NCBI GenBank assembly: GCA_042570545.1
Contig: JBHPGJ010000004.1
Location: 2,223-66,222 of the forward strand
Reading direction: 5' to 3'
Origin: Patescibacteria group bacterium
Lineage (GTDB): Bacteria > Patescibacteriota > Patescibacteriia > JBHPGJ01
Length of the DNA stretch: 64,000 nt
Of this stretch, positions 54,285 to 63,778 are shown piece after piece. Each line of letters opens with the position of its first letter. Position 1 is the stretch's first letter. The notes under the pieces are model-generated. The model worked only from the letters and a program-made list of their open reading frames with translations. It had not been told where the DNA came from and ran no database searches. The translations under genes and the position numbers were made by a program.

Positions 54285-55871
54285 CTAATATAAATCTTCT
54301 TTTTTCTCACGCTGATAAGCTCCCCAATCTTCCAGGGCTTCGATTACCACTTTCAGTGGTGCTTCGATGATACTGTCAAGTACAAATAAAAATAAATTAA
54401 TTTTTGGAGATTTGTCCGATATCCACCGTCCCATATGAATTACAGGTACGGTGAAAAAATCGATTGTAAAAGTAAATATATTTGTTCGTTTGCCGACAAT
54501 AATAAGATCTCTTACCTCGCCCCGGAGCTTAACACCAAAGAAGCTGATCACGGTAAAGAAGAATATAAATATCATACCACTGACAATGTTAAAATTCAGC
54601 AACGTCATGGCCCAGATTAACAGTCCATATGACAGCAGGAAAGTAATTGCGTATATGGCCCTGAACAATCCGGTCATAAAAGCACTGCGGCCAAATGATT
54701 TTCGTTCCTTACCCAGAAAACCAGATTTTGGTTCTCGGCGTACTACTTTCATAAACTGTTCAACTATGCGGTCGGTGTTTTTCTTCGATGGCATGGTTAT
54801 TGAAACAGCAATGATAAACATCAGTACTGGATGAAATATGGCATTAATTATCAGTGGCGTGTAATTTGTTGTATGAATAACGAACATGTCATAGGGCAGC
54901 TCCAGCAACAAAGCTAACAGCATCTTAGTGATAAAGATATAAATGATTGCCCGGACATAACTTCGTCTAAGTTTTATTTTTGCTCGCTTATATCTTTTGT
55001 TACAGGCTATTCTTATTTGCTCTTCTAGGTCTTCTGGATCATCGAGTAAGCTCTCAAAATTTCGGCCATACTTTTCCATAACATCGCCCAATACGTTAAA
55101 GAGTATTGAATATCGTTTTACATATCTTAATATGCGACCGCTAAGTGGATGGTCAACCTGATTATCAATATATTTTTTATAGGTTGCAAAGTGCTGAGCA
55201 AAACTATCAAGTGACTCTTGTTCACCTTTAAACCAGCCCGGTAAAATAAATTTCAATATGTGGTATCTGACTATAGCTGGATCTGATTTTATTAATGCCC
55301 GGTGAATACCAATAAATATTTGGTAATTGCTTTCCTTGGGATCGGTTATGTCTTTTGACAGATCGATGTCTTGCCGCAACACCCGATACATACACTCCAC
55401 CAGGGCTTCCTCGCGTTTATGAGATACCAGGTGATGATCGATCTCGGTCGATAGCACCGACAGCAGCCAATTTGATGTTTTTTGTCTTTCCTTAGTTAGC
55501 CGATTTGGGGCCACGCTTTTCAGCAGCGATAGATATTTTGCTATAATGGCATCGATCTCGCCGGTTATCGACTCCGGCAACTGATTGTTTTTAAGATACC
55601 TGGCTCGTATCAATTCTGATAATAAAAGGCGGCCAAAGTCCTTTTTTCGACCTTCGTTATATATCCGCCGCTTGAGCATGCGCTCGATGGCGTTTTTTCT
55701 CAGCAGATGTTCATCTTTGTACTCAATAGCATTACGGATCCGCTCGTAAACGTAAGCCAAACGACTGATTGTCATTTGGACATTAATTTTCTGTTCGTCG
55801 CTGTCGGCTTGCCTTTTGGGCTCCTCCTTATATGCCAGTAACAGCTTTTGGATTGGCTGAGATATTCGCAT
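54285..55871 (-). CDS. hypothetical protein: cytoplasmic helical N-domain plus C-terminal polytopic membrane domain
   Basis: 528 aa, about 6 TM helices after residue ~300. Confidence 0.5.
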   Translation of the reverse strand: MRISQPIQKLLLAYKEEPKRQADSDEQKINVQMTISRLAYVYERIRNAIEYKDEHLLRKNAIERMLKRRIYNEGRKKDFGRLLLSELIRARYLKNNQLPESITGEIDAIIAKYLSLLKSVAPNRLTKERQKTSNWLLSVLSTEIDHHLVSHKREEALVECMYRVLRQDIDLSKDITDPKESNYQIFIGIHRALIKSDPAIVRYHILKFILPGWFKGEQESLDSFAQHFATYKKYIDNQVDHPLSGRILRYVKRYSILFNVLGDVMEKYGRNFESLLDDPEDLEEQIRIACNKRYKRAKIKLRRSYVRAIIYIFITKMLLALLLELPYDMFVIHTTNYTPLIINAIFHPVLMFIIAVSITMPSKKNTDRIVEQFMKVVRREPKSGFLGKERKSFGRSAFMTGLFRAIYAITFLLSYGLLIWAMTLLNFNIVSGMIFIFFFTVISFFGVKLRGEVRDLIIVGKRTNIFTFTIDFFTVPVIHMGRWISDKSPKINLFLFVLDSIIEAPLKVVIEALEDWGAYQREKKEDLY

Positions 55872-55951
55872 CTTGATTAATTGAAACTAACAAAAAAGGT
55901 TAAGAAAATCAAGCCCTATTCTAGTGAGCTCACTTTCAACTTTTTATCTTT

Positions 55952-56554
55952 CTATTGGGCCAAAGGCCCAAAATCAACCGGTACTATCAATTGATCATCA
56001 TTTTCGGCTAGGCCTGAGGGATTGCTTTTATTTAGATGTAATTCACCCGGACCATAGGCGGTGTCATCAAATTCCAAAGTGGCACTAAAAGGTACAAAAT
56101 CCTCAGTCATCCAATCACGCTGGGCAGTGGCAACTGTCTGACCAATTATATTGCCCTCAACATCAACTATGTCAACTGAGAAACTGCCTTCAAAAAACCA
56201 CGTCCCCCGAGCATCCCCGGCCATAAGCACGGGACTGGTAACAATATCACCCGGCCTTGGGCTACCCAATTTTATTAAATCTGTTTTTTCCAATTCATTG
56301 CCGATCACTTCGATAAAAGTCTCGCCTTCGGGGGTACGGCAAGTACGGGGATAGGATTCAGCCACCGGATAACCAGCATCAAGACAGTCATTAAAAGTTA
56401 TTATCGGACCACCACCAGTATTGGGTGTATTTGTATTAGAAACTTCTTTATTGTATTCACTTTTAAAATAATAAATCACCCCGATCATGGACAAAGCAAT
56501 GATAACAATAGCCACCACGGCACCGATGTAAGCTAGGCCTTTTTGGTCTTTCAT
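55952..56554 (-). CDS. membrane-anchored surface protein (same family as the 14.7-23.4 kb array)
   Basis: 200 aa. It has the anchor MKDQKGLAYIGAVVAIVII, a TNT linker, and FNDCLDAGYPV...TC, which matches the FDKCVAAGYPV...TC module of 20440..21936. Confidence 0.5.
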   Translation of the reverse strand: MKDQKGLAYIGAVVAIVIIALSMIGVIYYFKSEYNKEVSNTNTPNTGGGPIITFNDCLDAGYPVAESYPRTCRTPEGETFIEVIGNELEKTDLIKLGSPRPGDIVTSPVLMAGDARGTWFFEGSFSVDIVDVEGNIIGQTVATAQRDWMTEDFVPFSATLEFDDTAYGPGELHLNKSNPSGLAENDDQLIVPVDFGPLAQ

Positions 56555-56577
56555 ATTATTGTTTATTAATAATGAAA

Positions 56578-57012
56578 TTAAGCTGCTTTGGCTTGTTCGT
56601 CTTCCGACAAATTCATTTCTTTTGCCAGTACATCCATTTCATCAGCCACTTTACCAAGTTCAGTCATTAAAACTTCTTTATCGTTTCCCTGACTGTCACT
56701 TTCTAAGTATTCGGTCATAATTTCGTTGTAGCGCACTTTAAGACCATCATAGCGGTCATTCAAATCCAATGCCTCGGTATGTGCCTGTTCTTTCATCCGG
56801 TCAATATCTTTTTGGATTTGATCGGGATGTGAACCAGTTATTTTATGCACAAATACATCAAATGCTTTAGCAATTTTTCCAACAGTTTCTCCGCCAATTT
56901 TTCTAGCATAAAAAGCGTTAGCTTCAATATCGCTGGCAAACTGATCACGACGCTTTATTTCGGCGTCAATTTCTTTCCTCCCTGGCGCCCCTCCTGATTC
57001 TGGATTAGGCAT
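56578..57012 (-). CDS. hypothetical cytoplasmic helical protein
   Basis: 144 aa, charged, no TM. Confidence 0.45.
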   Translation of the reverse strand: MPNPESGGAPGRKEIDAEIKRRDQFASDIEANAFYARKIGGETVGKIAKAFDVFVHKITGSHPDQIQKDIDRMKEQAHTEALDLNDRYDGLKVRYNEIMTEYLESDSQGNDKEVLMTELGKVADEMDVLAKEMNLSEDEQAKAA

Positions 57013-57048
57013 ATAATTGATTTTAATGCTAAGTGTTGTTGATTATTA

Positions 57049-58233
57049 TTATATCGAATTAAATATATCTTGAAAAATAGCTTTAGAAGCGTCGTCAGTA
57101 GCCATCGGCCCAAGAGGTTTCAATTCATCCTCGGGAGCCTTTTTATCGTCTTTTGTCCCCCCGCCAGGCGAAGTTAAGAAATTCCTCCCAGTGTAGAAAA
57201 TTTTCTCAGCGCCGAATGACACGGCGCGTTGCGTACTCGACTTTAGCTGTGCTGCATTTACCGACTGGTCATCGGAGATGAAAGTTTCTGCCTCAGTAAC
57301 CCAGACGGGTTTATTAATACCAAAATCACTCAAAAGCGCGGCGTATGGTTCAACGTTAAGCGATTTATAATCATCGTTGGAAATACAGTGTACGTTAGCA
57401 ATATCAAATGCCTCCAGGGCCCCCGCTACGGTGAGCACATTCCGATAGAAACTCAGGAATTCATTATTGCCACCAGCCGCGCCAGCGATGAGTATCTGGG
57501 CGCTGTTATCAGCTGAGCGAATGGCCTTGCTCGTGTTGATCAACAACTCGGCATACTGCCCAGGTGTTCCCACCCAGAATTGAAGTCCATCTGTTATTTC
57601 AGAATTAGCATTTAAATCAGGCTCATTCATCACTTCCCAATGCTTTATCGGGGTTATTAGATCGGGCATATCATTAACTCCATCACCATCATATCGTTCT
57701 ACTAACGCTTCAACCCATTTCTTATACTTTTCAGTATTTGCCGGTGGGCAGCGAAGCCTTCCAAATTCAGCAACAAATTCCTCTCCTGTCGCTCTACAAT
57801 CACCCAAATAATATTCCTGATCTGCCTTATTGTAATGCCATAGTGTTATCAGCAATTGTATGTCAGCTTCTTGTGCGTCTTTTACAATTTCGTCTGTCTC
57901 AGTAAAAACTATCGTGTCACTTTCAATATCCGGCTGCATATCTCCCCAGATAAATGGTCCAGGATGAGGGCGCGCCCAACCGGCTCCTATGTTGCGTATA
58001 TCTTGTAGCTCTTCTGGACCCGGGCCAGAGAGAAAGCCAAAGCGATCGTCAGCTGGGGTGGTTGGCGGTATGTACGAAGACAACTGATCATCAACGATTT
58101 TATTATCTTCCTGCTGGTCATCAACTTGCAGTTGATTTGTATTATTATCCAGTCTGTCCATAAAAAACCAGATTATTAAAATAATGCCAAAAACAAAAAC
58201 TATTGTGACAATCAGTGCTAAAGATTTATTCAT
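57049..58233 (-). CDS. secreted/anchored glycoside hydrolase, clan GH-A (GH5-like)
   Basis: 394 aa with an N-terminal TM, an acid/base-like HWEVMNEPD and a nucleophile-like PVWVTEAETF. Confidence 0.5.
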   Translation of the reverse strand: MNKSLALIVTIVFVFGIILIIWFFMDRLDNNTNQLQVDDQQEDNKIVDDQLSSYIPPTTPADDRFGFLSGPGPEELQDIRNIGAGWARPHPGPFIWGDMQPDIESDTIVFTETDEIVKDAQEADIQLLITLWHYNKADQEYYLGDCRATGEEFVAEFGRLRCPPANTEKYKKWVEALVERYDGDGVNDMPDLITPIKHWEVMNEPDLNANSEITDGLQFWVGTPGQYAELLINTSKAIRSADNSAQILIAGAAGGNNEFLSFYRNVLTVAGALEAFDIANVHCISNDDYKSLNVEPYAALLSDFGINKPVWVTEAETFISDDQSVNAAQLKSSTQRAVSFGAEKIFYTGRNFLTSPGGGTKDDKKAPEDELKPLGPMATDDASKAIFQDIFNSI

Positions 58234-58265
58234 GGTTATAATATTAATAATTTCTTGGTGACTAG

Positions 58266-59405
58266 CTAAAGAACCAGAAACGGCACACCAATTCTAGAAA
58301 ATGATACCGGGATGCTAAATGGCCCCACCTCGATTTCACTAAATTCTTGGGTTTCAAGATCGTAGATGATTGCCAACCTGATTTTCGCCAGTTCATCAGG
58401 TAATTTACTGGAGACATAAACCAGCACCTGGCCTCTATCCTCGGCCACATATACGGACTCTTCATCAGTCTCTAAATCAATTTCTAATAAACCTTCTTCC
58501 TGACCATCGACTGGATAACGGTCCACAAATATAGTACTGTCTTCTTGAGAGATCAAATATAGTGCGGTGTCGCCGCGAAATATATTATTGGCGGTAAGTT
58601 CGGCAACCACTAGGTCGCTGTATAGCGGGCTAAATGTCTGGGTAACCGGATCAAAAGTGTAAATCGTCATTATTCGCTGTCCGGTGGGTTTGAAATTTAT
58701 CAGCAGCAAACTGTCACCAACGCCATACAATGATCCCCGGTCTTCATAGCCGGTAAAAGTCAGAACTTCGTCGGCAGCAGCACTGCTATTCATATTCTTA
58801 GCCATTAATTTCCCGTAGCTGGTTACCAACCTGGTCAAACTATCAGTAGTTACCGGTGTTGTGTAATACAAAATATCACCAGCAACAGCAAAACTACCCG
58901 AGCTGAAGCTAATATTTGTGCCTGTTCTTTTACCATCTTGGGGATCAAGCTCAGTCAGGTCCCAACGGGTATTGTCAGCCGCCCAGTCGCTGCCCCAGTC
59001 AGTCAACAGAAATAATCTGCCATTATTAGTGTAGGGATATTTTGATTGTTTTGAATATGATTTTGAAGTATATGATGCTAGGCCATCATATTGATCAAGT
59101 TCCGGTAGCTCCCTGACAATAACACTGCTGGAAGATTCCCAGCTAACATCATAGGTTCTTAGACGCTGCTGTACAGTGCCCAGGCTTTCTCGATAAAACA
59201 GCGCGATACTACCGGGTGGTATGGTAGTATCTTCGGTATTGGTGTTGGATTCGGTATTTGTTACCGGATTTGTTGCTGTATTGGCTGTGACCGTATTTAC
59301 CGGGGTAACTGTATTATTCTGACTGCTATTTCTAGTAACGAAAAAATATAACGCAGTACCAATAGCTACTATTATTATTACAATTATTATGGGAGCTTTT
59401 TTCAT
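58266..59405 (-). CDS. membrane-anchored surface protein with Thr/Asn-rich linker and beta-rich ectodomain
   Basis: 379 aa with the anchor MKKAPIIIVIIIVAIGTALYFF followed by TNT repeats. Confidence 0.5.
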   Translation of the reverse strand: MKKAPIIIVIIIVAIGTALYFFVTRNSSQNNTVTPVNTVTANTATNPVTNTESNTNTEDTTIPPGSIALFYRESLGTVQQRLRTYDVSWESSSSVIVRELPELDQYDGLASYTSKSYSKQSKYPYTNNGRLFLLTDWGSDWAADNTRWDLTELDPQDGKRTGTNISFSSGSFAVAGDILYYTTPVTTDSLTRLVTSYGKLMAKNMNSSAAADEVLTFTGYEDRGSLYGVGDSLLLINFKPTGQRIMTIYTFDPVTQTFSPLYSDLVVAELTANNIFRGDTALYLISQEDSTIFVDRYPVDGQEEGLLEIDLETDEESVYVAEDRGQVLVYVSSKLPDELAKIRLAIIYDLETQEFSEIEVGPFSIPVSFSRIGVPFLVL

Positions 59406-59505
59406 TTTATTTATGCTTGCATTATATCATTTATGACAAGTCAAAGACACCACACAAAAGTAATGAAATGTTATATATAATGAAGTTTTTAATCCAAGTA
59501 TAGTC

Positions 59506-59751
59506 TTACTGCTGCTGCTGTGGTGGTGGTGGCGACGGCGGAGACGGAGGTTCTTCTGTGTTTTGGGGTGGCGTTTGTCCTTTTCCCCTAGACATAAGCG
59601 CAACTAATGGTCCTCCAACTAGCCAGATAGCTAGCATTATTACAACCCCAATGGTCGTGGTATATACATCGGTTAGAACACCGATAAGCAAACCAATTAA
59701 TCCCAAGCCAAACATCAGTCCCCCTATGGCTGTTCGATTACCTTTACCCAT
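59506..59751 (-). CDS. small membrane protein with Pro/Gln-rich C-terminal tail
   Basis: 81 aa with two TM helices and a C-terminal PPSPPSPPPPQQQQ. Confidence 0.35.
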   Translation of the reverse strand: MGKGNRTAIGGLMFGLGLIGLLIGVLTDVYTTTIGVVIMLAIWLVGGPLVALMSRGKGQTPPQNTEEPPSPPSPPPPQQQQ

Positions 59752-59847
59752 ATAATAATAGGTTAATTTATTAGTATCTTCATTATATCAAAAGTAGGCA
59801 AATCAACAAACCAATTCATCTGAAAGATAATGATAGCCAACCTTGAT

Positions 59848-60777
59848 TCAAACGTAGTGATTTAGAAATTTTATTATTTTCTCTGGATGTTCGCCCACGT
59901 AATTATAGGTATCAAATCTTTTCATCTTGCCCTTAATCACCCAGAATTCTTTTTTGGCTTTGGTCAGATCATAAAAGCTTTTTACATCAGCTACTGTACC
60001 CCAAGGATCACTGGCCGCCTGAATATAAAGAGTAGGGATTTTTATCTGGTGGGCAAAGCGGCAGGGTGACATTTGTGGTAATTCATAACCGCCTTGCAGC
60101 TTGGCCATTTTGCCGGTCAACCAAATAAATATTGAAGTTAAAAATGAACCAGCGAATTTTTTCAAATAGCCGTTGGCCGTCACCGCCAATGATGTTGGCT
60201 GGATAGCAATCAAACATTTTGGCATAGTAGTCTTATCCAACATAGTAATAAAGGCATTGGCCCCCATACAGAACCCGACCAAGCCGATGTGATCAGGATC
60301 CACTTCCGGTCGTGATTTCAAATAAGCCAAAGCGCCTAAGGCATCTTGGGATTCATTAACGCCGATACCCGTGATCCCCCGTCCGCTCTCGCCATGATTT
60401 CGGAAGTCAAACATGAGACTTGAATAGCCAGCCTTATTAACTTCTTTGGCTGTTGTCAGCATATCAACTGGGGTATTATATAACTTAAGCCAGCCTTGGT
60501 TCTTGGGCTCAAAGCCATGTCGATTAAAGGTAAAAGGATGGCTGATTAAAACTGCTTTTTTGGTGGCCCCGGGTATAAACCAACCTTTGATTTTTATACC
60601 ATCGGTGCTTTTAAATTCAACTTCTTCATATTTAAGTCTATAATCTTTGGGAGTACGAATAATTGGCTGGCGGTGTGATCGCACCAATTGTCTGGAGTAA
60701 ACAAGAGCAGAAAAGAAAAGTAATAAAACAATTGCCCCAACAATTATTAATAGGCTGATCAATATCGCATTTACCAT
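59848..60777 (-). CDS. alpha/beta hydrolase (dienelactone hydrolase/BAAT-like, Cys nucleophile)
   Basis: 309 aa with an N-terminal TM and a nucleophile elbow GFCMGAN. Confidence 0.55.
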   Translation of the reverse strand: MVNAILISLLIIVGAIVLLLFFSALVYSRQLVRSHRQPIIRTPKDYRLKYEEVEFKSTDGIKIKGWFIPGATKKAVLISHPFTFNRHGFEPKNQGWLKLYNTPVDMLTTAKEVNKAGYSSLMFDFRNHGESGRGITGIGVNESQDALGALAYLKSRPEVDPDHIGLVGFCMGANAFITMLDKTTMPKCLIAIQPTSLAVTANGYLKKFAGSFLTSIFIWLTGKMAKLQGGYELPQMSPCRFAHQIKIPTLYIQAASDPWGTVADVKSFYDLTKAKKEFWVIKGKMKRFDTYNYVGEHPEKIIKFLNHYV

Positions 60778-60842
60778 AAAGCTATTATATCAAATATGCC
60801 ACACATACAGAATTGCGCTTTATTTTTATTAAGCCAAATTTA

Positions 60843-62045
60843 TTACCAGCGTTTACGTTTTGGACGCGAACGATTACGTGAAAAATTTCGTCGCTGGTAA
60901 CTCTTATTAGGTGATGACGACCTTGGTATAGATGACCCCTCACCAACTATTAACTGAGTCCGTATCAGCCGTTCGATGTCCTTAACGTCACGTTGTTGGT
61001 CTGGAGTAGCAAAGGAAATCGCTTTACCCTTTTTCCCAGCTCGTGCGGTTCGCCCGATACGGTGCACATAATCATCGGGCGTGCCCGGCAAATCATAGTT
61101 AATAACTACCTCGATATTGTTCACGTCAATTCCGCGAGCTGCAATATCAGTTGCTACTAGTATTTGATGTATGCCTTTTTTAAATCCTTCAATTGCCATA
61201 GTACGTTGGCCTAAGCTAAGATTTGAATGGATCTCAGACGCCTTGTGTCCCATGCCACGGATAGTAGTAGCCAGCTTTTTCGCCCCCCACTTGGTGCGAG
61301 TAAATATGAGGATCGATCCAGAAAATCTTCCTAGGATGGTCTTAAGCATATTTCGTTTTTCGTTGGCGGCCAGAAAAATAACTTCCTGATCGATTTCCTT
61401 AACTGTCGTGCCCGGCTGCGCTATTTCTACGCGTAACGGCAGGCTCATGTGCTGGTTGGCAATAGCGACAATTGACTGTGGCATAGTCGCCGAAAAAAGC
61501 ATCGTCTGCCGCCTTCTGGATGTGCGGACAATTATCTTTTCTATCTGTGGCGCAAATCCCATATCGAGCATCCGGTCAGCTTCATCCAGAACCAAAATCT
61601 CAACACCCCGAAGCAGCACCTTGTTCTTCGAGAGATGATCAATAAGTCTTCCTGGTGTTGCTATGATAATGTGCGGCATGGAGTTAAGCGCGCGTTTCTG
61701 TGGGCGTATGGACACTCCGCCGACGATGAGTGCTGTTTTGAGTCCGAATGATCTACCAAAGCGTAAAAGCACTTCGTTGACCTGAGCAGCTAGTTCACGT
61801 GTTGGTACCAAAATAAGCCCTCTCGTTTTTAGGCGAGCGATGTTTTGCATCATGGGTATACCAAAGGCGAGTGTTTTGCCCGTTCCGGTTTGCGCTATGC
61901 CTATCAGGTCTTTCCCTTCAATCGCCAAAGGTATGGTTTTTGCCTGGATGGGTGTCGGTGTTTTAAAACGACTTTTTTCCAGTATCTGAAGTAACTTAGG
62001 AGCTATTCCAAGTCCATAAAAATTTGAAGCTGATTCGTTGGCCAT
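60843..62045 (-). CDS. DEAD-box ATP-dependent RNA helicase
   Basis: 400 aa with the Q motif, AQTGTGKT, PTRELA, DEAD, SAT and HRIGRTARAG, plus a basic C-terminal tail. Confidence 0.92.
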   Translation of the reverse strand: MANESASNFYGLGIAPKLLQILEKSRFKTPTPIQAKTIPLAIEGKDLIGIAQTGTGKTLAFGIPMMQNIARLKTRGLILVPTRELAAQVNEVLLRFGRSFGLKTALIVGGVSIRPQKRALNSMPHIIIATPGRLIDHLSKNKVLLRGVEILVLDEADRMLDMGFAPQIEKIIVRTSRRRQTMLFSATMPQSIVAIANQHMSLPLRVEIAQPGTTVKEIDQEVIFLAANEKRNMLKTILGRFSGSILIFTRTKWGAKKLATTIRGMGHKASEIHSNLSLGQRTMAIEGFKKGIHQILVATDIAARGIDVNNIEVVINYDLPGTPDDYVHRIGRTARAGKKGKAISFATPDQQRDVKDIERLIRTQLIVGEGSSIPRSSSPNKSYQRRNFSRNRSRPKRKRW

Positions 62046-62112
62046 ATACTAATAATAAAATGATAAGAGCAAAGGGCAATGACTTACTAATACAATAATT
62101 ATTGTTATTTCT

Positions 62113-62661
62113 CTATTTCTTCTTCCCAACCACTTTCTTTACTTTCTTTCTGGCGACTTTCTTTGCCGTCTTCTCTTTTAATTCAGCTTTCTTTGGTTCA
62201 GTTTTTTTCTTAGTCGCTCCATTTTCTAGCAAACTTATTACCTTATCCAATTTATTGCTCAGCGCTTCCATTTGTTCTGATAGTTTATTGCTTCCGCCAC
62301 TATCTCTATCTCTGCCACTATGTCTGCTTCCACCGCGTCTATCGCCCTGTCTATCATCTTTTTTAAAACAGTCGCTACAGAATATTGGCTTTCCACCAGT
62401 AGGTTTAAATGGTACTTCTGCTTTCTGTCCACAATTATCACAAACTGCCGTGTGCATCCGCCTATCACCAGATCTACTAAAACTACGATCTCCTGACCGG
62501 CCTTGGTTGCGTCCATCTGATCTACTCTGGTATTTATCTTTTTGTTGACCAAAGCAGTTATTACACAGGACCGGTTTACCGCCAGTTGGCCGGAATGGTA
62601 CCTCACATTTCTGGCCGCAATTGCTGCAGGTTGCTTGAAACATTTCTTTTTTGTCGTACAT
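62113..62661 (-). CDS. tandem CxxC-x17-CxxC zinc-ribbon protein with a Lys-rich tail
   Basis: 182 aa containing two copies of C-x-N-C-G-Q-K-x-E-V-P-F-(R/K)-P-T-G-G-K-P-(V/I)-x-C-x-x-C-F, with exactly 17 residues between the CxxC pairs. Confidence 0.7.
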   Translation of the reverse strand: MYDKKEMFQATCSNCGQKCEVPFRPTGGKPVLCNNCFGQQKDKYQSRSDGRNQGRSGDRSFSRSGDRRMHTAVCDNCGQKAEVPFKPTGGKPIFCSDCFKKDDRQGDRRGGSRHSGRDRDSGGSNKLSEQMEALSNKLDKVISLLENGATKKKTEPKKAELKEKTAKKVARKKVKKVVGKKK

Positions 62662-62689
62662 ATTATTCTTAGATTAGTTATTTATAATA

Positions 62690-62884
62690 TTATTTTAAAA
62701 TTTCCTTTACTCTTCCAACTTCTCCTGATTCCAATCGAACTTTTATACCATGCGGATGGTTGGCTGAATTAGTCAAAACATCTAGGACTATCCCCTCTGT
62801 TAGCTGTCCAGTTGCTTGATCCATTTTTTTAACCACGGCCACACGCTGACCTGGATATATATCTTCTCGACTGTTTCCGTCCAT
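62690..62884 (-). CDS. YwbE-family small protein (DUF2196)
   Basis: 64 aa. GQRVAVVKKMDQATGQLTEGIVLDVLTNSANHPHGIKVRLESGEVGRV matches the YwbE pattern. Confidence 0.6.
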   Translation of the reverse strand: MDGNSREDIYPGQRVAVVKKMDQATGQLTEGIVLDVLTNSANHPHGIKVRLESGEVGRVKEILK

Positions 62885-62931
62885 AACTCCATCCTACTTC
62901 CAAACCTCTAACTTTTCAAGCTTTCTGGACT

Positions 62932-62952
62932 AAAAAACGGTTCGAGCCGTTT
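62932..62952 (-). terminator. rho-independent terminator for the 62986..63567 gene
   Basis: On the minus strand the hairpin AAACGG-CTCGAA-CCGTTT is followed by TTTTTT. Confidence 0.6.
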
Positions 62953-62957
62953 ATAGT

Positions 62958-62982
62958 GGCAGGGGTGGAGGGAATCGAACCT
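62958..62982 (-). other. tRNA 3'-end-like fragment (T-loop plus acceptor 3' strand plus CCA) without a 5' half
   Basis: The minus-strand sequence is GGTTCGATTCC-CTC-CACCCCT-G-CCA. No complementary acceptor 5' strand or T-stem lies upstream. It sits 3 nt after the stop codon of the adjacent gene. Confidence 0.35.
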
Positions 62983-62985
62983 AGG

Positions 62986-63567
62986 CTAAATACAATCTTC
63001 TTTATTCACAGAGAAAAAGTAGGTTTGAGTTGAGTTTTCTACTTGATATGAATATTCCATATCGACACCACGGTCTAAGATATCAATTCTTGTTTCCGCG
63101 GTTTGACATAGTGACGGCATAATATTGTTTTTCAGCAACTCATCATTGTATCGACTTTCATCAATATCATGGAGTGTGTATTCGTACCGAATAGCGGTGG
63201 GTGTAGCAACAATATTCGTCGCTCGTGTTACCGGATCCAGATCCACTGGAAAGGTCGTCTCGCTTGTTACTGTCTGAACGAGTTCTTGGATAAAGTCTAG
63301 TTTTTCGCTATCGCTTAATTCGTCAGTCGTGGTCGTATTTGTATTTGTTGTGTTGGTTACCGAAGTGGTGTTGGTGTTGGCTGAGATGCTGGTATTTAGA
63401 TTAGCCGCGGCTGTGTTGGTATTTGTGGTGGTCGTCGTATTTGTTGTATCAGTTACAGTGGCTGTATTTGTGCTTGTCTCCGCTGTATCATTACCTCGTG
63501 TAAACACAAAAATGCCGCCGCCAATCACTATGATTCCCACGACCACAATAATGATTGTTTTATTCAT
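62986..63567 (-). CDS. membrane-anchored surface protein with a long Thr/Asn-rich linker
   Basis: 193 aa with the anchor MNKTIIIVVVGIIVIGGGIFVF, TNTN repeats and a C-terminal ~80-aa domain. A TATAAT (RC of 63608-63613) and an SD-like AAGGGGGA lie upstream. Confidence 0.5.
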   Translation of the reverse strand: MNKTIIIVVVGIIVIGGGIFVFTRGNDTAETSTNTATVTDTTNTTTTTNTNTAAANLNTSISANTNTTSVTNTTNTNTTTTDELSDSEKLDFIQELVQTVTSETTFPVDLDPVTRATNIVATPTAIRYEYTLHDIDESRYNDELLKNNIMPSLCQTAETRIDILDRGVDMEYSYQVENSTQTYFFSVNKEDCI

Positions 63568-63778
63568 TTTCCCCCTTTTTTATCTATTTATTATTCTCTG
63601 TGAGTACATTATACACCGAGAATGAGGATATGAACACCACTTCACATTAATAAAAATCATTAAAAATCAATAGGGTGGCAGGGCATCGTGGAAGCTGTCA
63701 GAACTTCCCAATTTCTTCTGCAGTGTTCTGATCATATCCAAGTAAACGATTTCATTATGCCCGTAATATTAATCAATT

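Noticed and set aside
62259-62606. 115-aa alternative-frame minus-strand ORF inside the CxxC gene
   Set aside because: Out-of-frame overlap. The CxxC frame has the strong repeated motif structure.
62958-63060. Full-length minus-strand tRNA gene
   Set aside because: Only the T-loop, acceptor 3' strand and CCA are present. No complementary 5' acceptor or T-stem exists, and the region overlaps a CDS. It is kept as a fragment only.
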